DNA of 57,850 bases, counting the filler, from Catajapyx aquilonaris (Eukaryota), in assembly GCA_000934665.2 (NCBI GenBank). It is 2 parts of 2 records of this genome, joined end to end, with 100 filler letters (N's around TTAATTAATTAA, not from the genome) between each part and the next. Parts side by side here need not be neighbours in the genome. Positions count along the whole stretch, not along the records: positions 1 to 28,813 come from JYFJ02004871.1; 1 more part is not named here. One strand, written 5' to 3'. Shown in pieces: positions 1 to 22,152 of this stretch. The translations under genes and the position numbers were made by a program. A model generated the notes under the pieces. It had not been told where the DNA came from. It worked only from the letters and a program-made list of their open reading frames with translations, and ran no database searches. Each line of letters starts with the position of its first letter. Positions within the stretch are counted from its first letter, which is position 1.

Positions 1-114
1 TTACTCAGTTTAGTTGTTGAATAAAGTTCACAGTTCTTGTCTAAGCTGCTCATCTTTATTCCATCACAAATAATGTGCATTTCTTTATATATATTAATAT
101 ATGTACATATATAA

Positions 115-270
115 GGGCGACACGGTGGCGGAGTGGTTAGCGCCGCAGCCTTCCACCTCCAAGGTCCCGAGTTCGATCCCCGGGTTGGACGGAGGATACT
201 TATGTGGATAGATTTTCGATGGGTTCTCTCATTGTTTGCGTGGGTTTTCTCAGGGTCCTCCTGTACATAT
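115..270 (+). mobile_element. tRNA-derived SINE family 1 (3'-truncated)
   Basis: Pol III A box TGGCGGAGTGG and B box GTTCGATCC; near-identical head at 16057, 36273 (minus) and 52058. Confidence 0.8.
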
Positions 271-785
271 CTTCTAATACTGTATACAAAAAACTACCGC
301 AATAAGTAGGGCACTCTACAACTCCTTCCTAGCCTGCCCACTTAAAAATAACTTTGTAGCCCCTGCATATTCATAGCTCAAATCTGCAAGAAAACATAAT
401 GGACCACAAATTTCAAATCCATTTGTTACTTGTAAACAGGAAATTTTTTATTTGCTACACTAATGTCATTTAAATATCATATATATGAGATGCTTCTTGT
501 GATGACAACAATCTGTTTCATTACAAAGGTTTGTTATAAAGTCACAGAGTCCCCAACATATGCATAAAAAAATAAAGATTGCATTTGGTTGCTTACGCAA
601 TATTACAAGTTTCTCTATGGGATTTCATTAATGATTCGGACACTGGGGTTTTTTCACTTGCTACGTTCTTCTCCTGTTTCATCACTGACTACACCCCTAC
701 AGAGAAATAGTATGATAATTATGTTAAATTAATGGGGAAAAAACTCATTCAGTAATACTCAGCCTTACCACAAGGTATATGGCAT

Positions 786-1471
786 GTTCAAATGAAACAT
801 AAAGTGAGGCAATATCTAAGGAGCTATTTGTCTTAGCTGATTGCTAGTGGTATCTCAGAGTAGGCACTAGCATGGCTAATTTTCATGCAGAGTTGTGAGC
901 AGTCAGTATGCATGTAGTGGGCAGGAAAGCATTTTATGCAAGTCTCCCAGGGCTATGCATTCGTCCAAACAGGCACAACTCGTCATCATCCTTTATCCTC
1001 ATCAAGGAAGGAACTGCACCAGTGGACATTGTCCATTGGATGTCACGGGTGTGTGGGAGAGCCTGCTTCAACCACAACACCTTGGTGCAGAAACTCCCTA
1101 AGAATAATTATGTTCTCTTGAAAAGTCCTCCATGGACACACGTCTGGACAGAAATTCCCCACACTTTTTGAAGAGAGTCTTGGGGTTGAAATCAACATTC
1201 CCATGCACCTTCTGCATTCAATGGACAATGTCCACTGGTGCAGTTCTTTCCTTGATTAGGAAAAAGGATGATGGCGAGCCGTGCATGTTTGGACGAATCC
1301 ATAGCCTCGGTTGACTTGCATAAAATTCTCCCCTGCCCACTACATGCATAGTGACTACTAACTACTCTGCATGAAAATTAGGCGTGAAAGGGCCTACTTA
1401 GAGATACCACTAGCACTCAGCTGAGACAAATAGCTGCTGAGATATTGCCTCACTTTATGATTCATTTGAAC
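786..1471. mobile_element. Degenerate MITE/foldback element
   Basis: ~160-bp imperfect inverted arms at 786-944 and 1313-1471. Confidence 0.7.
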
Positions 1472-2059
1472 ACACCAAGTATATCATGATGATGAGATAA
1501 TACTTATTAGACCTGTATACATAATGGATTTTCGTATGTGTAGCCAGGATTGATGCCAAGTTGAGAGGGGGTTAACACACTGGAAGTTCAAACCCGCATT
1601 GCAGGGTCATGTTGGATCTGGAGTCAATGCTGGTTGAGAAGCCGAGTTGACTCCTCCATCTGGTTCACAAACGTCAGGCAGAGTTGAGTTGTGATAAGTG
1701 TTTGGAGTGTATGGAGAAGAGCTAGGCTGGGTAACAAGGTATGGTATGACCTTGTAGAGATGGGTCCTTGGGACATGGACATCCCACAAAGATGTATGAT
1801 GTTTCTTTATGGAAAAATCGAAATACAGGTTGAGTCCAGTCACTCCATGCTTGCTTTTAATTTATAAGGATCCAACTTGACCGAGGGTTCAACCGTGATT
1901 CACTCTCAATATTACTCAACCTCACAATTTTCACAATATACACAAGCCTTAGCCTGGGGGTAAACGGGGAATTCAGGAGTAACTTGTTGGCTGCGCATCA
2001 AGCCAGGAAAGCAACGAGGGGGTGCACCAGGAGGCTCCATCTGCCAGGTGACTTATTTC

Positions 2060-2631
2060 TTATCCTCTCGCTGCTGCTATTCCCCCCGCATGACTCATGC
2101 ATGACGTAATCGCATATAAAAATTCCAAATCTCACCCACGGCTCGTGTTAGCCCCATGCCGCCTATAACATCGAACCACATTGAATGGCTGTTCCTGCCA
2201 GATCTACTGCGCCGCTCCCACAATCTACTAGTAGGCCGTGTGTGGCATAACAGCTATAACTACAGGTACTTCTAAGCAGCTACTCGGTGGTAAGAAAAAA
2301 CGTAGATGTGAAGTATACGGGTTTAAAGAACTATTCTATGCGAAATATTGCTTAGAAACCGATATAATGATTGGCTAAATTCCCACAATTGAGCTAGTCT
2401 CATACAATCTCTATCATTGCGCATAGATTTTTTTTCAATATGGCCACCGGAAGATGACGTCATACAAAAAGTCCCACAATGAATTTGAGCATGTGATTTT
2501 TGTGGTGGATTCTGTGTGCTTTGCTTGTGAACATGCCTAAAACTGCATTCATGTACGATTTATAGATTTTTTTGCAAACAATTCTCCAAGTATTTGACCG
2601 TGCTGCACGGACACGGTGGCGAGAGGGTTAA
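2060..2631. mobile_element. piggyBac-like MITE (degenerate)
   Basis: Ends TTATCCTCTCGC ... GCGAGAGGGTTAA. Confidence 0.45.
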
Positions 2632-3301
2632 ATGCAAGAAATTTGGGGGGACAGCTCAGGCAAGAAGTTCCTCCTGAATTCCCCATTTGCGCCCAGACTT
2701 ACAGTTTATAGTATCCATATCCCAATTTCACATCATGAAACAGGATGTCGTAACAGGAGTGTCAATTTGCAACAACTACATTCTCAGTTTCATGTTTTCT
2801 GGACAAGTGACAAGAGCCCCAAAACGAAAGAAAACTGTCAAATGTCTCCAAGTATGACCTCACCTTACACCAAGTTCACTTGGGTGAATCAACACCTTTA
2901 TATGCTAATGCAGTAGTATTTCTACATGCTGCTATAGAAAACCACTGATACCATTTCTATATATCTAAGCCAGCACAGAAATTAGGTCAACTTCCAGAAT
3001 CATCAGCTAATTCCCTCGACCTGTAGAAAATTATTTACAAGAAACCAACAGTACAAAATAATAGCGTGCTATGTCAGAACTATACATGTATCAGTCACAC
3101 TTATCATAAACACCTCACAGGTAAAACTGTAAGGAACATGATGTCCTGTCAGCCCTCTTTATCTGTGAATTCAATGATATTCGGGGGGGGGGNGGGGGGG
3201 AGGAGGAGGAGGAGAGAAAGGAGGAGGGGAGAAGGAGGAGGAGAAAGAGAGGAAATGATTTTCCAAAAAGCAAAGCTTGCATTTGCAGTGTGCCCAGCAC
3301 T

Positions 3302-3495
3302 ACAATGTAGCATAACAACTACTTACGAGTACACAGTATTTACATTGGATTAGGTATTACTCGTATAAGTCATTTCAAGATTATTTAAAGTATACGGGAG
3401 GATGCTAGTTATATTCATATACTGTATAACGCCATATACTTTAGCATCTGCGGAAGGTCCTGGAAGCAATCCCCGTGGATACGGAGGGCAAACAG
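3302..3495 (-). mobile_element. Tigger/pogo-family MER2-like non-autonomous element fragment
   Basis: Minus strand reads TA-CTGTTTGCCCTCCGTATCCACGGGGATTGCTTCCAGGACC...CATCCTCCCGTATACTTTAAA...AATACCTAAT.CAATGTAAAT; matches my recollection of the MER2 consensus. Confidence 0.6.
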
Positions 3496-5213
3496 TATTT
3501 ACAAAAATTCTAAATTTCAAATTTAGATTACAATAAGGAGACACTCAATAACTTGTTCTCCTAATCTAAACATGTTGCAACCCAATTCACACTGAATAAT
3601 ATAGCACCTGGATTGACATATCATAGGCCAGACTTTGAAATTGAACCTATAAATTTCAAGACGGCAGACCTTGCCTCACTGCATATTGCAAATTGTTTTT
3701 ATAAGTGGCATAAACTTGTGGTTGACTTTCCAAGTCATCAAGTGAATATTTAGCCTACATTATACTGCTAATGTACGTTTGAACTAGTTTTTCACTTAAT
3801 GCATATGTGTATACTATTTCAAGTTCAACAGGAAAATCCACTTTATGGGGTCAGTTGGGAAAGATGAAGTTATAAGAAGATTGAATTAAAGCTGAGTGCA
3901 ACAATCAGATTGCATCTCTGTTTACTTGGTTTTGCTACAGAACACTCGCACCTTGTAGAAAAAAGTGTTGGGTGAACAATATTATTGATCCCAACACTAT
4001 GAAATGTTGTCAGTGTGTAAAGTGCTGCATCATGCCAAGGGTTTTTTAAATGTTCACAACTCTCCTTTAATGTTAGAATAGTTCTAATACCACCCTTACA
4101 GGGTTTGTCTTACTGTACATCATCCAATGGTCAACCGTGATCCTGGATCAAAACACTGGTAAAATATAGGGACGTGAATTGTTGGGGCACTGACCAGTAA
4201 TGACATTGGTTACTAGAAACATTAATATTCCCTTAGATCATTATGCCAAGAAACCTACAACATCACTCTTCATAATGTCCAGTAACCCAATATAATTATG
4301 TTGTCAAGGAAAGTGATTTCCCACAGAGCAGGATGTGTACCGTTGAGGGTACATGTACTTAATGGGATGAAATTCTGAAGCCTGGCCAAGGGAGGTGAAG
4401 ACTCGTGAACACTGGACAATCAGGTAAAGGGAGTTGAGTTCACCCAGATGTTTCTTGTCATTGTCTACATCATTAGTGGTTGGTGCCTTGACATTTACCA
4501 TCCCTACATTTTACATTTTAAAAAATAATCTAAGGATGCTAGTGGCAGACAGCCAACACACTAGTTATAAACATCATGTATAGTTCCATACCTAAGCACA
4601 CCTAATATTTTCAACAGTTTTGTCTACATGTTATGGCATGGTGCAACTCAAGAGTCACATTATCCAAGATGATGCATTATCATAAAAGCAGCTAAATATC
4701 GGTAATACCTCATATGCTTGGCCTATCTTCACCTCGAGATTGGGCATTACTAAAAATATTATGCATTATTTAATCAAGTGGTTGCTTCACACACTACCTC
4801 AGTGGCACTAGTCAGAATTATGACGTTCATGACCCATTTCTTCTTGGCCTGTTGATCCAGCATCTAAATGCAATCTCTCACGACACAGCATCGAGATCAC
4901 AGTTTAAAATGCAACACCTGACACTTTCTCTTAAACCTATTCCATTTCCTCAAATCTGTCTGCTGTACAATGTCTCTTACAATGGCTCACAGTACAAGTT
5001 CCAGTCTACTATATATGTACAATTCAGATTCCCATACTGTCAATGCTCCTATCATTAATTCCTTATGGCTGGTCTTAGCCCAAGCCTTTACTAGCCAAAC
5101 AATGCACTAAGAATTTCTTCACTCTACTCCAGAGTCCGTCTTCATGGTAGTTCTAGTCATGCCTACCTTTTAGCCCTCCCACGACAAGATGAAGTGGTAG
5201 GACGGGCATCCAC

Positions 5214-14256
<9,043 letters not shown>

Positions 14257-14345
14257 TCAATTTCTGCACACATCTGGCGGCTGCTGGGGTGAAATTTATT
14301 GATGCACACACATTAGGGCCTTTTTAGTATTCACTCAAGAAAATA

Positions 14346-15603
14346 CGAGGTAGGCGCCAAAAGTTTCCGTCCTGGCTATGTTCCAGGGGTGATAGAAATG
14401 AAACAACTATAGTGTCAGGTAGTCCCAACCATGAGTTGAGGAATGTACAAGTTTCACCCGGCAACGTCAGTCAGTCTCTTAGAAAAGTCAACTTTAGTTA
14501 GACGAGTTGCAACATGGTGAAAATCGAGTATCGAGAGTGATCAAGTTTCTCACCAAGGAAGGCCTTACTACGATGTCTATTAAACAGGCCTTGGGTGGTG
14601 TGCATGGTGAAGCTTCCTCTTCATATTCCACCATGAAGTAATGGGCTAAGCAGTTTCGTTTGGGCTGAGAGAACATCGAAGGCGGGCTATGCGACTTTCG
14701 GCCCTTGGAGGTGATGACTGCAGAGACCGTCTCTCTTGTGGAGGAGTAGGTGCTGCAAGCAGGCCCTTGGAGGTGGAGGAACTCTTGGGAAGGTTGTGGC
14801 TTTCAGACACCACCATTCCTTTCATTATTCATGAACACCTTCACATGAAAAAGGTCAGCACAAGATGGGTGCCCCAACTTCTGTCCGCAATTAAAAAGCA
14901 AAAATGCGTAACATGTTGCGAAACGTTTTCGGACCTTCGCCGTGGCAAACAGAAAGAAGTACTGGAGTTAATCGTCACAGGAGATGAAACTATGGTCCCG
15001 TGCTATGATCCTCTATCAAAATGAGAATTAATGGAATAGCTTCGGGCAGGCGGAAAGCGGCCGAGTGACCCGGTCAACCAAGAAGACCATGGTGACGGTT
15101 CTTTAGAATTCCAAAGGAATCTTACTAATAGACTTCAAGGATTAAACCTCGATTGTCTACGGGGAGTCTTACTCTGGCCTGCTGCACAGGTTTCGTGATG
15201 CCATGAAGAAGAACAGATGCGGGAAGTTGAGTTGGGGTGTCCTCCAACATCTGGATAATGAACCAGGTTACAGGACAATGTTTCCAAGACTGCTGTGAGG
15301 AACTGTGGCTTCGAGGAGCTTGATCACCCACCCTACTGGCCCCTAGTGACTATTACCTGTTATCCAAACTCAAAAAAGAACTTCAAGGTACGGTTTAAAA
15401 GTGATGAAGAGGTGTAAGAGGCAGTATACGAGCATTTTGTAGAGAAAACTTTGGACTATTCTTCCAGAGGTATTGAAACGATAATTATGAGATATGAGAC
15501 GTGCATTGATGTAGAAGGAGACTATATTGAAAAATGACACTGTCGTTTTATTTCCATCACCCCTGGAACATAGCCATGACGGAAACTTTTGGCGCCTACC
15601 TCG
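14346..15603 (+). mobile_element. Full-length but defective mariner (DD34D) transposon
   Basis: TA TSD, ~60-bp TIRs CGAGGTAGGCGCCAAAAGTTTCCGTC; frameshifted transposase with KFLTKEG, WVPQLL, IVTGDET..YDP and HPPY/PSDYYL remnants. Confidence 0.92.
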
Positions 15604-16056
15604 TAATAGTAGGCCTACTGACATCACAATCCTTTCACTCTTAATTACTACAATAACTATGTTAGGAGATATTAGCAATAACTTAACAATCCTGATACTT
15701 GGAACAACCTGTATATGGTGTAGCCTATATACAGGGTGCCCTGCTTACAGACGTATAATAAAAGAAAAATTCATAACTTACAAAGTAGGCCTACTAGTTA
15801 TAATGACAGAAGCTGTGTGCAGTTTAAAGAGCAGATCTGAATTTTTTTTTACATGTGTAATACACTTCAAATGAACTCCACTGGTAGCGCAGCAAAGGTC
15901 AAACCGGAAATCTGCCTCAACCCATGCATTGAGAAGCATTTTGGGGTGTTACGGCTTTAATTGCAGCACAAATTCTGTCGCGCAAGTCTGCCAAATTATG
16001 CACCTGTATAGCCTACACAGTCCAACAGGAATAAGTTAGGTAGAGTTAGGATTGGT

Positions 16057-16309
16057 GGGCAACCCGGTGGCGGAGTGGTTAGCGCTGCAGCCTTCCACCT
16101 CTAAGGTCCCGAGTTCGATCCCCAGGTCAGATGGAGGATACTTATGTGGATAGAGTTTCGATGGGTTCTCTCCGTGTTCGCGTGGGTTTTCTCAGGGTTC
16201 TCCCGTTTCCTCCCCAAAATCCATTACAGCGCAGGCAATGATTAAAGACGGTTATTCAAAAGATGATCCCCTAAGAGGCCCAAGGAGGTATCCATTATTA
16301 TTATCATCA

Positions 16310-16377
<68 letters not shown>
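16057..16377 (+). mobile_element. SINE family 1, full copy with (ATT)n tail
   Basis: A/B boxes, body shared with the 115, 36024 and 52058 copies, long ATT microsatellite tail. Confidence 0.88.
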
Positions 16378-16560
16378 GGTCATTTGGGGGGCCGTGCAAT
16401 GAACGTTGATCATCTCCCAATCCATCCTGCAATTGTCATCCCAGAATGTGCCGACATCATTGGCAAAGAGAGGGTGGGCCCTATCTTATTGAAAATGGTT
16501 CTTTGAGGTTAGCTGAAGCACAGTGAATTTCTGTAACATGCCCAGGCATGTAAGTCCAAT

Positions 16561-16843
16561 TACTCTCCGATTTGCATAAGTCTGAACCTTTTTTTTGGAT
16601 ATCCATACGCCCGAAAGTAGTTCCCACCATGCCGGGCCATACCGCTCCTCACATCAAAATGTGCAGTTTGTGTAGCGCTGCAGCTACCGTATGGGCTGCC
16701 CATGATCATTAGACATTCAAATGACATGTACCAACACTGTTTCTTCGAGAAAGCCAGCGATACAGGGGACTAATTTTGCATCGGCTCACCCCCTCAGGCG
16801 TATGTATACCCGAAAAGGTTCAGACTTATGCGAATTGGAGAGT
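16561..16843. mobile_element. MITE
   Basis: TACTCTCCGATTTGCATAAGTCTGAACCTTTT ... AAAAGGTTCAGACTTATGCGAATTGGAGAGTA. Confidence 0.8.
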
Positions 16844-16998
16844 ACCATGGTATTTGAGAAAAAAAAGGGACCTGTGATTTTGCCCTTCATGACCTCACAC
16901 CAATCATTGCATTTAGGAGAATCCTGTTTGTATTAATGAAGTGTATTAGTGTATTGAGTGTATTAGATATGTAAAAAAAATAAATTAAAATCTGCTCT

Positions 16999-17280
16999 TT
17001 AACCCTGGAACCGTGACGTGGGGTCTTTTAGGACCCCACAGGAATTCAAATGCATTAAAATTACAATTACAATTAACTCTTTGCCATTTAAAAAAGTATA
17101 TAACAGGATGCGCATGTTTATTTTGAATTAGCGATCATTTTAGCCATTGTTCAAAGAATGATTGCATATAGTCAATACATTGAAAAGTATAACATAAAAA
17201 TTAAAATATGGCATGAGGTCCTAAAAGACCCCACGGTACAGTTCCCGTAACTTTCAGGCACGTCACGGCTCCAGGGTTAA
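16999..17280. mobile_element. piggyBac-like MITE
   Basis: TTAA-CCCTGGAACCGTGACGTG ... CACGTCACGGCTCCAGGG-TTAA. Confidence 0.85.
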
Positions 17281-17331
17281 ACTGGCACACACCTTCTGTC
17301 ATTACAACGAGTACTTTGTAAGTTATGAATT

Positions 17332-17581
17332 GAGGCGCTCAGAGGAAGTACGGCATATCCCAGCCGACCTCAGATTTTGAGTTAGTAGTGCTGCTGTACT
17401 CTCCTTCCATCTACCTTTCATGTGCTGAAGTACCAAATGAATTGGGACATGTCAAAGCTCACATATTCCACTTGTAAAATTTGCCCGTAAGTTTACCTTC
17501 ATGATAAAGCAAAACACAAAAAGCCACTTTTCTCAAAACTAACTCTGGTTGGGATATCCCGTTCTTCCTCTGGGCACCTCA
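17332..17581. mobile_element. MITE
   Basis: GAGGCGCTCAGAGGAAGTACGGCATATCCCAGCC ... GGTTGGGATATCCCGTTCTTCCTCTGGGCACCTC. Confidence 0.7.
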
Positions 17582-17976
17582 ATTTTTCTTTTATTATACC
17601 TCTACGCGGGACACCCTGTATAGTACTTTGTATTGTAAAATATAAGTCCATGAATGTATATTAAAAACAGCCAAATTTTTAAATATGAAGATAACATACA
17701 CATAACATTAACATACTGCTGGGGAAGGTTACACTCGATAAGTTTAATATTTAAATTCTTAAAGAGGTCAAATATCTATAGTGGGTCTGGTGTCCAACCC
17801 ATTCTGAATTGCATCTAGTAAAGCTTCAGAATGGCCTCTAACTGCATTCATGACTCATATTTGACAACACAGTATATCTGTGACTTCACCAATGGGTGGG
17901 GTCACATATCACAATATAGACCCTACCTGATCCTCCAATTGCACAGATCTCATTACAACGTGCAGGTTTTACTCAC

Positions 17977-18120
17977 CGTAAATACAGCTAGACGTTGATC
18001 ACTACAAATGCAAACGTCTCAGATAGATGGGAAATGAGGATCAGAAAGTAGGAAGATCATAATCAACCGGCCGATGCACGATGACCGGATCATCCACACG
18101 TTGCCAAATCTCGCCTACCA
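17977..18120 (-). other. Probable non-coding 5' UTR exon of Abi (5' boundary approximate)
   Basis: Strong donor ACG|GTGAGT at 17977/17976 in unique, non-repeat sequence upstream of the Abi ATG exon acceptor at 14241. Confidence 0.5.
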
Positions 18121-18900
18121 ACCTAAGCTTCAGTTTCTCATTGGGTCATGGGATTTGAAAAGACAGGCTAGAACTGTACAATAAAATTTTACATTTAACA
18201 TGCATGTACTAATGAGGTGCAGTTTAAGTAACGTTTGTTTTTTTTATTGACACTTTGACAGTCACCATATGAAAACAATGTGGCAACGTGGCATCTGGCC
18301 AAACTATTTGTTTTTGGTTCAACTCAGTTCAACTTCAGTATTATTTTATTAAATGACGTCACTATAAATATAACCCATAATGGATTTTGATCCGTGAATC
18401 TGAGTGTTATTTTTGTTATTAATGTACAGGTATTAGGCACCGGTATACCATTTGTCTATGCCTCAAAAAGTGACTTTGTTTCTTGCTTTGTTTGCATTTA
18501 ACTCGCCGTCCAGATGATCCAGCTCTATTCACATGTCAGTTGGAGACACAAAACCGTTCAACACACACCACCATGTTCGATTTTTAGTTCGATTTTAACC
18601 CATACATGTGTTTGGGCCTCCAGAACGCTCAAGAACCTACAACAAATGAAGGGCGCCATATTTGAGCACTTAGCCAATCAAACGTCCCCTGTAGAAAAAA
18701 ACCCGATATGTCATCGGTTCCTACTCCCTGTGCACACCCATTGCAACATTAAAATGAATACGACACGCTATTTTAAATATAATTTACATTTTATCATGTA
18801 TTATTTCCCTCACTTATTGCTTTAGGTACCAATAGTCCATATAAGAACAGGTGACGTCAAGGAGATGCGGAAGAAATGGGAAGTAGGATACGTCGTCTTG
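18100..18900. promoter_or_regulatory. Putative bidirectional promoter between Abi and a + strand transcript
   Basis: Repeat-free interval between two divergent first-exon donors (17976 minus, 19033 plus). Perfect CRE/ATF palindromes TGACGTCA at 18354-18361 and 18852-18859. Confidence 0.45.
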
Positions 18901-19652
18901 ACTTCGTCTTTGTGTGATGTGATGGGTTTCACGTTTTATGCTGATTGTGTTGCTTTTACCATTTCTGACCTTGAGAGCTAATTGACCTAGCATTTTGCGT
19001 GCATACTGGACACTAGTACGTCAGATTCACAGGTGAGGTGTGGTTTATTTATTGTGAAGAATGTCCATGTAATATAGCTCTTTATATTTGAGAGAGACAA
19101 AATAAATATCCGAAGTGGAGTCTTGTGCTGATAACTTATCACATAACTTGTTCATTAATATCTAGTGACCAGGAACCTAGAATTATGTAAATCTAAGACC
19201 GTTACATTAGTCATGCCTGCGATGAATATTTTGTCTTCAGTGTGACAGGTCAGAAGATGGTACCACACTAGCGTTGTGGTAGACATGCTAACTGACCTAG
19301 TGGAGATGTGATTTTAAATATTATTGTGGCTGTGCTTGCTAAAAGTAATTCAAAGGGTCACTGATTGGTGGGGGGAAGGGCGGGGGGAATGTACGCTATG
19401 TCAATCAATGATACTGCCAGCCGCAAATTAAGAAACAACAGGGTGTGTCTGAGCCTTGCCTGACATCTAATACACACACTTGTATGGTCTGAATATGCTT
19501 GCTGTGATTAACATATAGGCATCTGAAAGAACTAGAAGGCCATGTACAGTATGTTCCCACTGAATTACCCGTAATGGTTAGAAAGTTTGTCGCGTATTTT
19601 AATGCACTATGGAGCATCTTTTGAAAGTTATTAAAAATGATAGATGCAAATA

Positions 19653-20409
19653 CCGTATTACCTCACCTATTGCAGCATGCCGGTATAAAATGAGGTCGAC
19701 CAGCATGCCGGTATAACCCGGGGGTGGCCGACATGCCGCAATACCCGAGGTAGATTTCCATAATTTTGATCCTTGTCAAATTTTTTGGAATGCATCTGAT
19801 ACTGTACTAAAATAATGTTACGGTGAAAAATGTGCGAGGACAGGGCTGTGAGAATGCAAGTTCATCTGTTGCACAGGGCGTAGAGTGTGACCAATTCGAC
19901 TGTCAGCCTGCTCTGAGAGGGGAACACCCCTAAACATTACAAATGATCTGCAAAGGATCAAGGCAAATTCCTTCAGTCCTTCATTTTGCTATCAATAGTT
20001 CGCTGGTCGCAGAGCTCGTTGACAATCAGAGGATCACTTTGGATAGTGGTATTAATTTGTCTGAGAAGCCTCGTCACTCAGATAATAAAATCCAAATCAA
20101 GCGTATGAAATATCCTGATAGGTATGCTTCCCTTCTAGCAGCCTTGCACTTTTAATTGAAAATGTTGCCATAAAATTTGAATTTAACAAACGATCTTATG
20201 GGATGTGTCAGGAGATAGAAGTGTCCTGGGCTGTATCTGCACCGTAGAACATGGTGTAATGCATTCCTTTGAGTAGTAATAATTTTCATAGGGATTGTAA
20301 GAAAACCTCACCTTATACCGGCATGCTGGTATAGCCACCAGATCGAGCATTTCTAAAAACTGGTTGACCTCGCCTACACTGGCATGCCGCAATAAGTGAG
20401 GTAATGCGG
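19653..20409. mobile_element. pogo-like MITE
   Basis: TA-CCGTATTACCTCACCTATTGCAGCATGCC ... GGCATGCCGCAATAAGTGAGGTAATGCGG-TA with internal subterminal repeats. Confidence 0.8.
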
Positions 20410-20811
20410 TATTAGGCTGCCTGGACATTCTTTTAAAGGGGTGCAGGGGAGTCTACTAGTCTAGCTTGCAAGAAATGGGTTTTATCATTGACAATTTATT
20501 CCTCTTTTTCCAATGATCTATTCCCAATTGGAAATTCATTGCAGCTCATAGCTTGAATGGATCATTCAGTTTGGTCTATTATTACCAGCTAATACTTGGG
20601 TAACTTAAAAATAACTATTCCATAGTAACTGCGTAAATGGAAGTGGCTTGGTATGATAAAACTTACAAACCATTACAGTGACTTCATTTGGAACACCCCA
20701 TATATGCAAAGTGTCTGGTCATATTTTGTGCTGATATGCAAATTATTTGGGCAAAGCATCTGTCTGCCAAAGCATTCCCAGATGAAAGTCACATTAGTAC
20801 AGTATGTTGTA

Positions 20812-21351
20812 CAGTTGAATCCGGCTATAACTAGCCTCTACTATAGCGAACTTTTAGTTGTAACAGACTCGATAGGTTGGTCCTGGCAAACTCCCATAAG
20901 GCCTTGTGTATTTTTTTCTCCTGATATAACAGACTCATTTTCACCTCACATCGGCTATAACAGACCATTTTTTGGCCCCTGCTGTGTTTGATTACTTAGT
21001 TTCTTTTCCCATGATGGAAAGCATGGCATACTGGAGCGGGGATGACTTTCGCACCTGTCACTGATCTAAAACTTCCTGAAAAGGTCAAAATAATACCTTT
21101 TCTGGTATATTTGGCAAGAAGGGGACAGCAGGAGAAAATGAAGGATTTTTTGTCTAATTTACAGATGAGCTTGTTTTGCATTTTTGGATAGTTTCATTAA
21201 TCAGCATGCAGTAGTGTGCATTATAGGCATGTGGAAAGCAGAAAATTTTGTGTATTCGATGAAAAAAATGGGGATTTGACTATAATAGACCTCTGTTATA
21301 ACAAACTGATTTCCTTGGTCCCTTGAAGTCTGTTATATCCAGATTCAACTG
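20812..21351. mobile_element. Tigger/pogo-like MITE
   Basis: TA-CAGTTGAATCCGGCTATAAC ... GTTATATCCAGATTCAACTG-TA. Confidence 0.8.
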
Positions 21352-21445
21352 TATTAATATGACATAGCAAGTGATAAAACAAAGGGAGGACAATTGAAGG
21401 CAATGCAATTTTCTATCTTGGGTTTTTTTTTTTTAACTTTACATG

Positions 21446-21959
21446 CAGGGTGTTTCTTACTAGTAGGTCCACTGGAAGTCAACATATATTCTTTGGCACA
21501 AATGTTGAAAATGTAGTGAGGAGAAATGTCGAGAGTCCAACTGGTAATGAGGTACATGACCAGAAACATTGGCCTACTCCTAGACACTTGCATTAACACA
21601 CATCAACATACCCCTGGCAGATGGACTCGTGCCCCTTACAGGGATTGCTTAGGGAGCAGGATGTGAGCAGGATAATCATGACTGATGGGATTTTGAGAGG
21701 TTGCCTCTTGCGCAGCCATGATTATCACATCCTGCTCCCTAGGCAATCCCTGTAAGGCATGCGAGTCCATTTGCCATGTGATCTCCCTGCAAAGAGGTGT
21801 CGTCTGTTGCCCCATGTGTCTTGGGGTAGGCCAATGTTTCTGGTCATCTACCTCGTTATTGGTTGGTCCGTCGCAATTTCTCCCCACTACACTTTCGACT
21901 TGTTTTGGTCCAAGGAATATGCTGACCTCTGGGTTGACCTACTAGCAAGAAACACCCTG
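21446..21959. mobile_element. Abundant Tc1/mariner-like foldback MITE family
   Basis: CAGGGTGTTTCTTACTAG ... CTAGCAAGAAACACCCTG-TA; related copies or fragments at ~28540, 37540-38970, 40490, 42837-43215, 45300 and 45600-46345. Confidence 0.82.
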
Positions 21960-22152
21960 TAGATCTATCGTGGTCCTTTGAGGAAGTTTCATTTTAGCTG
22001 AATTAGTATGTGCATCTCAAAATTAAAAGTTGCCCCAGATTTGTCATTTTGCCCATTGCAGCTGACCTTCCCTAGTGTTGTCAAATAAATCTTGTAACAG
22101 TGCAGACTAATTTGGACTGTGAACACTTTGCACCATGCATCACACTAATATA

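Larger units (their letters stand above)
15732..17618. mobile_element. Tc1/mariner-like non-autonomous element hosting four nested insertions
   Basis: TA-CAGGGTG ... CACCCTG-TA; the right arm can be rebuilt after removing the inserts. Confidence 0.75.

Noticed and set aside
1610..1935. Possible solo LTR (TG...CA)
   Set aside because: No TSD, partner LTR, PBS or PPT could be identified.
3183..3253. Poly-G/GGA tract with N (also poly-G/C with N at 22901 and 45541)
   Set aside because: Low-complexity sequence with base-calling ambiguity; the ORFs across it are spurious.
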